Shown here: positions 40,225 to 48,536 of the stretch, one piece after another
How the letters are laid out: every line of letters begins with the position of its first letter
Numbering within the stretch: the first letter of the stretch is position 1
NCBI GenBank assembly: GCA_963662315.1
Contig: OY759353.1
Span: 2,752,001 to 2,816,000 of the forward strand
Direction of reading: 5' to 3'
DNA: 64,000 bases
Source: Geopsychrobacteraceae bacterium
GTDB taxonomy: Bacteria; Desulfobacterota; Desulfuromonadia; Desulfuromonadales; Geopsychrobacteraceae
Notes under the pieces: generated by a model
Told to the model about the DNA's origin: nothing
Database searches by the model: none
Seen by the model: the letters and a program-made list of their open reading frames with translations, nothing else
Position numbers and translations under genes: made by a program

Positions 40225-41458
40225 GGAACCCCTCCTCTAAAATTTCTATTTCTGTGCGAAATCCACTTTTTAAATCACTTATCAATAATGCTTTGGCAAA
40301 TGCCGGATTGGGACGCCCATAAAAACGCTCTTCCCCCGGCACTTCCAATGCACAATAATGATTGAGCATATATTTGCTGAAGCTGACGCTAAAAGCGTCA
40401 ATGGCCATGCTATAGAGCATTTCGGCCTGTTTTGGTTGCTGCTTATGAAGCCGCCCCCAGACATAATCATCCGCCTTGGGATCGGTAAAATCACGCCGCG
40501 CTTCGAGAAACTCGGCGATAAGTGGATGCTGACAGGTAAATTCTTTCGGATACAGCGAAGCTGTCAGCAGGTCGCTGCTGAAGTGAATGACCAGCAGTTG
40601 ACGGGTCAGTTCGATCTTGGGGGTTGCGGCCTTGATCTGTCTGTAGAGACCAGCATCAATCCAGCGTTGACGCAGCTCCACCATCCACCGGTTCAGATTC
40701 TTCTTTTTCCGGACAAACTCCGCATCGTGCAACAGCGGCCAATAGGACCCAATCTTTTCATCGGCATAATAACCATTATTCAGGGAATAATAGAGGACCG
40801 CCCGTGGCATGTTGCGCAAGGCATGGACCCGCTCCATCTCCTTGTCGGCAAAGGGGCGTGTGGCCATAATCTCGACGGAAGCATAGATGTCATCCAGCAA
40901 CTGCCGCATGGGTAGGGATGCCCGCCGATGGCTGGTACCGTACGGATTATGCATACGCTTGACATAGGGATAATGAAACCACATATCCTCCCAGACCCCG
41001 ATCTCACCGTCGTTTTCCGGTAGGTAGGCCGTCCCGTGCGTATAAATAGAGCGTTGCAGGGCGTTGAAAGGAATCAGAAGCCAATGATCCGGATTGATCA
41101 CCTCACACATCCCCTGCCGCAGTGCCGCCAGAGGCTGGCCAGCGACATAGTATTCCTTGGCCTGGTAATGGGCGTTATCTGATCCCATCCAAGTCAGCCG
41201 CTGGTAGCCATAAATACTGCCCATAAACAGGACAATCATGCCGATCAACGCCAGAAAAGTTTGCCGCTTTGCCGGGGTCAAAAACCACAACATCGGCCAG
41301 GGGTAATCATCCGTGCGTTTGTCCCTTTTCACCAGGACCACCAACCGCTGCAGGATCGGCAGCAACAAGCAGGGAAGCAGCAGATAACTGCAGACCAGCT
41401 GCATGGATAAGAGCAGATAAAACAGTCCGGCAAAAATATGCAGCCCACCAATGTGCAT
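40214..41458 (-). CDS. Hypothetical membrane-anchored protein, paralog 1
   Basis: Two N-terminal TM segments; colinear with 43521-44741 (SIYGYQR..WMG.DNA.Y.AKEY.VAGQPL, YLPENDGE.GVW.D.WF.YPY, FTCQHPLI, GEER.YG). Confidence 0.8.
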   Translation of the reverse strand: MHIGGLHIFAGLFYLLLSMQLVCSYLLLPCLLLPILQRLVVLVKRDKRTDDYPWPMLWFLTPAKRQTFLALIGMIVLFMGSIYGYQRLTWMGSDNAHYQAKEYYVAGQPLAALRQGMCEVINPDHWLLIPFNALQRSIYTHGTAYLPENDGEIGVWEDMWFHYPYVKRMHNPYGTSHRRASLPMRQLLDDIYASVEIMATRPFADKEMERVHALRNMPRAVLYYSLNNGYYADEKIGSYWPLLHDAEFVRKKKNLNRWMVELRQRWIDAGLYRQIKAATPKIELTRQLLVIHFSSDLLTASLYPKEFTCQHPLIAEFLEARRDFTDPKADDYVWGRLHKQQPKQAEMLYSMAIDAFSVSFSKYMLNHYCALEVPGEERFYGRPNPAFAKALLISDLKSGFRTEIEILEEGFHGH

Positions 41459-41482
41459 CAGCAATAACCCTTCTCAAACAAA

Positions 41483-41535
41483 AACAGCCCGCCTCCGATC
41501 AACAGGACTCTCCCTGCCACCGAAAACGAGCCGTT
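41483..41535 (-). promoter_or_regulatory. Conserved leader RNA hairpin, copy 1
   Basis: 17-bp stem with G-U pairs plus an upper stem, ends 25 nt before the ATG, followed by a U-rich tract; second copy at 44766-44818. Confidence 0.65.
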
Positions 41536-41694
41536 ATTATTCACATATCTTCCCACGGGTCCCCCTCCCTGGATCAATCAAAACATATCAGTCAATACAA
41601 TATAAACATCAAACAGTTAGCGTAGTATTTATCATTCCTATGCGCCCGAAAAATTATTCTAATATATCAAGCAAATCAAGCAGAATAGAAATGG

Positions 41695-41794
41695 TGCCAT
41701 CTTTTCATTTCCCTCTTTTCTTCTGATTTATGTCCTCACCTCAGATGAAAATGAATAGACTATACTGCCTATGTCTGACAAAAATCATATCTGT
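41695..41794 (-). repeat. 100-bp direct repeat (promoter/RBS/ATG unit), copy 1
   Basis: Aligns with 48531-48630; identical 30-bp core CTCAGATGAAAATGAATAGACTATACTGCC. Confidence 0.85.
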
Positions 41795-42003
41795 TGGAAA
41801 TAATCGCCAAGGATGTTTCTAATGGCATGTTTCAGCGGACTTTCGCAGGTTTTGCCAAGCATCTCTGGTCATTGTTGATGTCCCCCTCTCTGCTAGATCA
41901 GTTAAGGCAGCTCCATTTTATTAAATATGTAGAAGCGCCCCCTATGCTCTCCGCGGTTTTCCAAGAACTGGGTTGGTAAGTATCGGTTGAAGTCAGACAA
42001 TAG

Positions 42004-42034
42004 AAAGCCCCGTTATTAGTAATAATAACGGGGC
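42004..42034 (-). terminator. Terminator-like hairpin
   Basis: GCCCCGTTATTA-GTAA-TAATAACGGGGC, 12-bp stem, short U-tract on the minus strand. Confidence 0.55.
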
Positions 42035-42290
42035 CTGGCAGTCCGTTGAGGCAATGATACTGCAGCTGTTACCGGCAATACAGGTGAAGCGGTTCTGGGA
42101 CATACAGTTGTCCTGCTCTGCACTAGAAAGTTACTAAAAATGTCTATTTTGCCCTGTGAGTATATTTGTCGGCTCAGAAAGTTCCGCTTTGCTTTGCGGC
42201 ATATGCATAAAAGTAAAATGCAATCAGGAAGAAAAGACGCTATGATATCGCAGGTTTCACACGAGAACAAACAACCACAGGAGGGAAATA

Positions 42291-42353
42291 ATGACATGTC
42301 ACGAGGTTGATTACACTATTATCGGCAACGACATGCAGATGGTTCAAAGATAA
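42291..42353 (+). pseudogene. N-terminal remnant of a TIGR00266/AIM24-family gene
   Basis: AGGAGGG RBS then MTCHEVDYTIIGNDMQMVQR*, resembling the family's HEVDY.I.G.DMQ.V start; ends at the element's left inverted repeat. Confidence 0.65.
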
Positions 42354-43146
42354 TTCCGGGGACATAATACCTATTTCCTATCATTTCGTGGCCTCCCAGC
42401 TGTTTTCAATCGCAACTCTCGCCCCGTTAATACTTCAAGATCAGAAATAAATTCTTCCCCACCCAATGGTCGACCTGTTTTCGTTCTTTTTTGGATCATG
42501 CGATCCTGCTCTTCATCTGTTGTCTCCAGAAACGTTGCCCAATTGCCCACCATTTCCGGCAATATCCGTTCCCGTAACAGAGGATCATGCTCGGTCACTC
42601 CGCAGTTGTAATGCACGCTCGACCATGGATAATCCACGGGCGAGTCAACCATGCCTGCAGCTACAGGATTGCGCTCCACGTAGCGTCCTGCGGCCAGCAA
42701 ATGTTGCTGGTCGAGCACACAGGAACCGAAACGGCCTTGAAACAAATAGCCACGGACTCCTTCGGTGAAATTCTTCATGCGGGTATAGCGACGGTGGGCT
42801 TCACCGATAGTTCGAGCCAGGGATTCTTCATTTTCAGGAACGGCAATCAGGTGAACATGGTTGGTCATCAGACACCAGGCCAGAAAGGTGACACCTGAGA
42901 GTTCGGCTTGTTCTGCCATGACCTGCAAATAGGTAAGTCGATCTTGATCACCAGCAAAGATGTCCATGGAACGGACACCGCGTTGGGTTATGTGATGTGG
43001 ATAGTTTGGAACAACCAGACGAGCAAAACGTGCCATCAATCCCCCTCCGGATCGGTGTCATTTCATATTATGGGCAAGTGACTGACAGTCTAGCGAATTC
43101 TTTTTTCCCTTGCACGATCTTTAAATAGGTATTATGTCCCCCGAAT
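42353..43146 (-). mobile_element. 794-bp HUH (RAYT-like) element with 24-bp terminal inverted repeats
   Basis: ATTCCGGGGACATAATACCTATTT (42353-76) versus the reverse complement of 43123-46, ATTCGGGGGACATAATACCTATTT; 23/24 identical. Confidence 0.8.
42371..43036 (-). CDS. REP-associated/Y1 HUH tyrosine transposase (RAYT-like)
   Basis: HHITQRG, WCLMTNHVHLI (HUH), LFQGRF, YVERNPVAAGMV (catalytic Y), YPWSS; stop codon lies within the left inverted repeat. Confidence 0.92.
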   Translation of the reverse strand: MARFARLVVPNYPHHITQRGVRSMDIFAGDQDRLTYLQVMAEQAELSGVTFLAWCLMTNHVHLIAVPENEESLARTIGEAHRRYTRMKNFTEGVRGYLFQGRFGSCVLDQQHLLAAGRYVERNPVAAGMVDSPVDYPWSSVHYNCGVTEHDPLLRERILPEMVGNWATFLETTDEEQDRMIQKRTKTGRPLGGEEFISDLEVLTGRELRLKTAGRPRNDRK

Positions 43147-43528
43147 ATTTAATGACGGCTTCCGTAAAAGCCCGCTCCGGGGATTCACCCGCAGCAACGG
43201 AAATAGCCGTCTCCATTGTGAGAGTGATCAGGCTTCCGGCAGGTCCGCCAAACAGTTTGATATATTTCAGGGTACTCCCTTCCGGGATAAGACTTCCTTC
43301 GGGCAGAGTCTCCGCCGCATAGCTGACCGCCGCTGCCGTCAGGTTAGTGACCAGACTGGCAAAATCAGCTGTATTATCCGGAGTGATATCGTTTGCCTCA
43401 AGAGCAGCCACGACGTCATTGACAACGGACGAGTTGTTGTCTTTGGTTTGCTCAAACCAGTCTTTCTGCGATCCCGTTGCCTGTGATTCTTCGGCTATTA
43501 TGCGATAGCTCCCCAAATCATTACTCAT
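43121..43528 (-). pseudogene. Partner gene truncated by the RAYT element
   Basis: Start overlaps the stop of paralog 2 with a GAGGAGG RBS; last codons (YSGDIIPI*) are read from the element's right inverted repeat. Confidence 0.65.
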
Positions 43529-44741
43529 CGATCTCCTCCTCTATCAGTTTAAGTTCTTCTCGAAACACTCTTTTTATGGTTGGTATACGTTGTTTTTCAC
43601 TAAACTTTTTATCAATTTTTCCGTAATAGCGTTCTTCACCCGACACCTCCAAACCACAATAATTTTCCAAAACATATCTGTGAAAGCTGGCATCGTAACT
43701 GTCAATGGTCATGACGTAGAAATCTTCCGCCAGGCTGGATTGTCGACGATGCAATCGATCCCATACATAGTTAGCAGCCTTGGGATCAGCAAATTCCCGA
43801 CGTGCTTTGAGATAATCTGGGATCAAAGGGTGTTGGCAAGTGAAGCCCCCGGTGAAGATCGATGCGTAAAGCAGATCGCCGGAAAGATTAATCGCCAACA
43901 TCTGCCTTAACGCCTCGACATCGGGTTGTTCTCGTTTGATCTTGTCGTAAAGGCCCGCAGCAATCCATTTGCTGCGCAGTTCAACAATCCAGTGATAAAG
44001 TTCACGTATTTGTTTAACTCTTTCCTTTCTTTGCAGGAGGGGCTTTGCAGACCCGAATCGTTTATCTTCATAAAAACCTTTATGAACGTGAAAATAAAAA
44101 ACAAGTTCCGGAAAATTGATCAGAGCTTTTTCCCGCTCCATCTGCTGGTCATCGATGGGATGCGTTGCCATAATGGTTATGGCGTCATACATGTGATCAA
44201 GCAGACGACGCATACCGTAGGAAGGCTTATAGCTGTTTGTCCCATAGGGTCTATGCATCCTTCGGGTATACGGATAAAAAAACCAGAGATCATCCCAAAC
44301 ACCACGCTCGCCATCATTTTCCGGAAGGTATTTCACGCCCTGATTGTAGATCAGCTGCTGCAATGCATTTAATGGCACAACAAATGGATTCTCAGGGTTG
44401 AGATAAGTGCAAAGAACCCAACGCACACCACATAAGGGCTGGCCAGCCACAAAATACTCTTTAGCTATATAATTGGCGTTGTCTTTCCCCATCCAGATAA
44501 AACGCTGATACCCGTAAATCGAAAAAATAAACAACGCCACCATTAACGCTACGCCGATAGTGGCTTTACGTTTTTGCGGTCGCAGAAACCACAGAAACGA
44601 CCAGCAATCGGCATAGCCCTTTTGTTTAAAAAAAGCCACAATCCTCTGAAGCAAAGGAAGTAGTAAACAGGGCACGACCAGATATGCCAAAAACAGGAAA
44701 ATACTAAGAAGAACGAATAAATAACCGACAAGAACGTGCAT
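43521..44741 (-). CDS. Hypothetical membrane-anchored protein, paralog 2
   Basis: Full-length homology to 40214-41458. Confidence 0.8.
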   Translation of the reverse strand: MHVLVGYLFVLLSIFLFLAYLVVPCLLLPLLQRIVAFFKQKGYADCWSFLWFLRPQKRKATIGVALMVALFIFSIYGYQRFIWMGKDNANYIAKEYFVAGQPLCGVRWVLCTYLNPENPFVVPLNALQQLIYNQGVKYLPENDGERGVWDDLWFFYPYTRRMHRPYGTNSYKPSYGMRRLLDHMYDAITIMATHPIDDQQMEREKALINFPELVFYFHVHKGFYEDKRFGSAKPLLQRKERVKQIRELYHWIVELRSKWIAAGLYDKIKREQPDVEALRQMLAINLSGDLLYASIFTGGFTCQHPLIPDYLKARREFADPKAANYVWDRLHRRQSSLAEDFYVMTIDSYDASFHRYVLENYCGLEVSGEERYYGKIDKKFSEKQRIPTIKRVFREELKLIEEEIDE

Positions 44742-44765
44742 TAGGAAACTATTCCTTTAAACGAA

Positions 44766-44818
44766 AACAGCCCGCCTCCGATCAGCAGGATTTTTCCTGT
44801 CACCGAAAACGGGCTGTT
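44766..44818 (-). promoter_or_regulatory. Conserved leader RNA hairpin, copy 2
   Basis: AACAGCCCGUUUUCGGU / AUCGGAGGCGGGCUGUU stem, 25 nt before ATG 44741. Confidence 0.65.
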
Positions 44819-45443
44819 ATTATTTGAAAATCTTCTTTTCATGACTTCCCCTCCACTTAACCACTCAAAACATGTCAATCAATGTGATGTAAACATCTTA
44901 TTGTTAGAGTAGAATTTATTAAAAGCATCTGTCCAACAGATTATTCTGATAAGCCATTCCAAACCAAACGGATTTTCAAATATCTCACTTAAAAGCCAAA
45001 AACTTCATGCAGAGCTAATTGTAGAAAAACTAATAGAGCCTAATCTTTTTGATTTTCATAATAACTTAAGGTATTTAAAAACCCAACGCAACACAATAAC
45101 GGCGTTTTAAAAAACGCATATTTTTACACGCTTTAAACAAAAAAGATGGTACCATCCACATTTGACACACTTCTGGAGACTCCAGTATCAAATAGAAAAA
45201 TATCAGCCTTAAACAATGTCAGAGGTTTCTTAAGGCAGGCAACTCTTCCCCCGCTTTTTTCTTCCCCTCTAATTGCCCCCGGCACAGCGTGAGAAGGCCC
45301 TCAATAGCAACCTGCATTGATCAACAAGGCAGATATTTCTGCCTCACATTGAATATGGCTTGATTACCACCCTTTTCAATATTACTCTTCCAGTTCTCTA
45401 ACCTCGTTGTCATCTGGAACCATTGGATGGCAATAAATGATGT

Positions 45444-45576
45444 CTTCAGATTGGAAATAAGCAGTTTTCCGTTGTGGCAAGGAAATCAAGAACTTGTGCG
45501 GAAGCGTACACCGTTACGCCACACAAGTAAGCCTGCAGATTGACTGCGGGAAAAAGCCGTTTCCGGACGGAAACTA
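45444..45576. repeat. Dispersed repeat family B (MITE-like), copy 1
   Basis: CAAGGAAATCAAG...GCGGAAGCGTA...GTTACGCCACACAA...GATTGAC...GCCGTTTCCG..GAAAC shared with 51386-51529 and 55026-55144. Confidence 0.75.
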
Positions 45577-46407
45577 GTCAGCCGCTGCGGCGATGAGGGC
45601 TTGCAGATCAGCTTGCACAGGCAGTACCTGTTCGAGGGAGCAGCTGTTTGCCTTGATTTCCCGGTTGAGACTGTCGATGCGGTTTTGGGGATGGGGATGA
45701 GATGCCAGCAGATACGGGAGCCGGCTTGTTCGTTCGCGGGCCAGGCGAGCGAAGAAGGTTGTTGCGCCACTACAGTTGCCGTAGACCCGTTCCAACATGG
45801 TGAGGCCGAAACTGTCGGCGGCCTGTTCCTGGGCTTTGGAGTATTGGCTTTGCACGCTGAGCAGACTTTTCGCCAGCAAGTCGCTGGCGGCGTTGTCCTT
45901 GCCGAAGAGCAGGGCACTGGCCACCGTCACTCCCAGCCCGCGACCGAGACCACGCAGGTGGTCGCGGTGGGCAAAGTGGCCTAATTCGTGGGCCAGGATC
46001 ATGGTCAGTTCGTTTTCCGATTCAACCTGGCGAAGCAGGCCGGAGAAGACCACAATGGTCCCGCCGGGCAGGGCAACGGCATTCACGTCATCGCGCATAT
46101 CCAGAAAGATATGAAACTGATAGTTGCGTAAAATCGAGTCTTCCGGCAGCTTAGCCAGAATTTTTTGCAGGCGTTGCTCAAGGGCCGGGCTTTCTTGGCC
46201 GGAAAACTGTTCCAAGGCCTGACTGCCGAGCCAGGTTTCCAGTCGGGGTGGGATTCTCTCCACCGCCAGATCGGTCGCCAGGCCGAAGACAACAAACAGC
46301 AGAACGCCGATGCTGACCAGTCCGCCGAGCATCCAGGCCAGTTCGGTCAGCGGGTGGGTTTTAGAGACATTGACGTTGTCCTGCGGATAACGGGCGGTGA
46401 ATTTCAT
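45574..46407 (-). CDS. M48 family metallopeptidase
   Basis: VNAVALPGG, LAHELGH (HExxH), YSKAQEQAAD, SHP. Confidence 0.92.
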   Translation of the reverse strand: MKFTARYPQDNVNVSKTHPLTELAWMLGGLVSIGVLLFVVFGLATDLAVERIPPRLETWLGSQALEQFSGQESPALEQRLQKILAKLPEDSILRNYQFHIFLDMRDDVNAVALPGGTIVVFSGLLRQVESENELTMILAHELGHFAHRDHLRGLGRGLGVTVASALLFGKDNAASDLLAKSLLSVQSQYSKAQEQAADSFGLTMLERVYGNCSGATTFFARLARERTSRLPYLLASHPHPQNRIDSLNREIKANSCSLEQVLPVQADLQALIAAAAD

Positions 46408-46880
46408 GTTTTTTGCAAAACCACCGCAGTCCCGTAGGCAATGGCTTCGACACTGCCAATATTTTTTTTGCGGTTGGCGTTTTTACCAATGGCTGCGGTT
46501 TCCAGGCGCATATTGATGACCATTTTCGCACCCCGCCGGTCCGCCTCTTCCTTCATTCGCAGAATGGCCTCCCGCCGAGCCCGGTCGACCAGGGATTCGT
46601 AAGATTTGACCCGCCCGCCGAAGATATTGCGCAGGATCGCCAGCAGCCGCTTAAAATAGTCGATGGAGACCACCACACTGCCGCAGACCAGTTCCGCGTT
46701 CTGTATCCGTTCGGCCGGGAAACTGCCTTCCGCAGTCACCACCGGGAGCTTCAAAAGGGCTTTTTCACGCCTGATGATGGATCGATAATGCCGTTTTTCC
46801 GCCAAAGTTCCCGCCAGGTAGCCGAGCACCAGCAGGATCAGGAAAATGAGCAAGTCAAGGTTCTGTAAAATCAGCTCCAT
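46404..46880 (-). CDS. YbjQ/UPF0145-like protein with N-terminal membrane anchor
   Basis: EKRHYRSI, GSVVVSIDYFKR, GGRVKSYESLVDRARREA, AYGTAV. Confidence 0.88.
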   Translation of the reverse strand: MELILQNLDLLIFLILLVLGYLAGTLAEKRHYRSIIRREKALLKLPVVTAEGSFPAERIQNAELVCGSVVVSIDYFKRLLAILRNIFGGRVKSYESLVDRARREAILRMKEEADRRGAKMVINMRLETAAIGKNANRKKNIGSVEAIAYGTAVVLQKT

Positions 46881-46891
46881 GGCAGTTTTTC

Positions 46892-47206
46892 CTATTCGAC
46901 CCGAACCGCGGTGCCGTAAGCAAACAGTTCCGCCGCACCCTGGGCCACGGATGAGGTGGCAAAGCGGATATTGACCACGGCGTTGGCCCCCATCTGCCGG
47001 GCCTGCTCGGCCATTCGGTTCATCGCCTCTTCGCGTGATTCCTGTAGCAATTCGGTATAGCCTTTCAGCTCTCCGCCGACCAGATTTTTTAGGCCGGCCA
47101 TCAGGTCGCGGCCGATATGCTTGGCTCGCACCGTGCTGCCCTGAACGATACCAAAGTGTTCAACGATTTTTTTACCGGGGACAGTATTTACATTTGTCAG
47201 GATCAT
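46892..47206 (-). CDS. YbjQ/UPF0145 family protein
   Basis: GSTVRAKHIGRD, GGELKGYTELL, GANAVVNIRF, AYGTAV. Confidence 0.93.
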   Translation of the reverse strand: MILTNVNTVPGKKIVEHFGIVQGSTVRAKHIGRDLMAGLKNLVGGELKGYTELLQESREEAMNRMAEQARQMGANAVVNIRFATSSVAQGAAELFAYGTAVRVE

Positions 47207-47679
47207 GGGTGGGTTCTCCGTGGTGAATTATTACTGTAAAGGTTATCGGGGGATCATAAGTTGACCGATTAATGTCTGTCAATTAATCTTTTGTAGTCTC
47301 GCGGCACAAAAGGACAATCATAGACACTTCTTCGTTCAACACCCTCATCTCACGGCTTAAATCTTCATCCCGAGTAGCCTCTACCGAAAGCGCTAATGAG
47401 CTTTGCCAAGGGTTGAACGGCTCTGCCCTCCAGACGTTGTGACAATCACATTATTGCCTGCCACCGCATGCTGTTTCAGCAGGCAAACACGTCAAAAGCT
47501 CGCCATATCGGTCGTATTATCAAGCTCATGAAACGTAATCATTTATGGCCCCCTCTTTTTGAAATTTCGCGTATAAGATTTCTTCGATTGGCGCAATCGA
47601 AAACACATAAACTTTGAGATTCTGACTGCTTACCTAAAATCATGAGCTAAAAAGTACCAGCGAATGACTATCCCTGAAT

Positions 47680-48159
47680 TCACTCACGCCGAACTGATGA
47701 TCTTTGGGGAAACGCTGCCTTTATTTCCACTTCTGATAGAGGTTCGGAAGATTCCTGCAGCAACCGCCCTTCAGGCGAAATCAGATACACATGAAAGCCA
47801 TTGTCTTCGAAAAATTCGGGCTTTTCATTAGAAGCAATGTAATAGCCCTCTTTATACATGCCATCGGCACAATAACCGACAAAGATGATCCCTCGCTCTT
47901 CGATATCTTCAATATTGATCAGAATATCATCTTGGGCTTTAAACTTTGGATCACTCATTGTATCTGATTGGACCATAACAATCGCCGGGTTATAGGCAAC
48001 GCCGTAATTCTTTTTGAAATCACTACTGAGGTGAGAAGACGAATATAGTGCATCTGACGTATCGCGAAACTGATAACTTAAGGGCTTTTTAACTGTACAG
48101 GAAGGTAAAGCTACCAACAGCGCAGCAGCCAAAACTAAAAGCAACTTGAACACCTTCAT
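47680..48159 (-). CDS. Lipoprotein, candidate immunity protein
   Basis: MKVFKLLLVLAAALLVALPSC lipoprotein signal; ATGA overlap with the upstream toxin-like gene. Confidence 0.65.
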   Translation of the reverse strand: MKVFKLLLVLAAALLVALPSCTVKKPLSYQFRDTSDALYSSSHLSSDFKKNYGVAYNPAIVMVQSDTMSDPKFKAQDDILINIEDIEERGIIFVGYCADGMYKEGYYIASNEKPEFFEDNGFHVYLISPEGRLLQESSEPLSEVEIKAAFPQRSSVRRE

Positions 48160-48536
48160 TGGTCCACTACCTCCAATGTAAGTTTTGAATCCGCAGCGGA
48201 GGCCGCAATGTAATCATAGAATGATTTTGCATTTGTCCGTATACCAATGCACCCGTTGGTTCCGTAGACATTACCATCAGGATGAATTCCCAGTCGGCCA
48301 TTTTGTCCACGAGACGTCGAAAACTGTGGATAGATTGGAATGAAAAAGCCTTTGCCACTTCCATCTCTAAACCCTGCCCCGATTTTAGATGTATATTGAG
48401 ACACCTCCCTACGACTGACATTGTAAAGTCCAGGTTCGAGCTTCCCTTTTCCGTGAGGCCCACTCACCGCATCCCAACGCCCTTTCCCGGCCCATGATAA
48501 TACTCCTGAGTTTCTTTTAAACGTCATGTTTGCCAT
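48156..48536 (-). CDS. Tlde1/DUF2778-like L,D-transpeptidase-fold protein
   Basis: AVSG...GKLEPGLY...RG..GRLGIHPDGNVYGTNGCIGI (His...Thr-x-Gly-Cys catalytic motif), LTLEV end; no signal peptide. Confidence 0.65.
   Translation of the reverse strand: MANMTFKRNSGVLSWAGKGRWDAVSGPHGKGKLEPGLYNVSRREVSQYTSKIGAGFRDGSGKGFFIPIYPQFSTSRGQNGRLGIHPDGNVYGTNGCIGIRTNAKSFYDYIAASAADSKLTLEVVDQ

Noticed and set aside
41483..41535. Leader hairpins as integron attC sites (AAC...GTT ends)
   Set aside because: Ends do not fit RYYYAAC/GTTRRRY, they lie upstream of the genes rather than downstream, and no integrase is present
47280..47560. Possible decayed gene (RBS + MITFHELDNTTDMASF*, later AEPFNPWQSSL...) on the minus strand
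   Set aside because: No recognisable family; cannot distinguish from random sequence without a search
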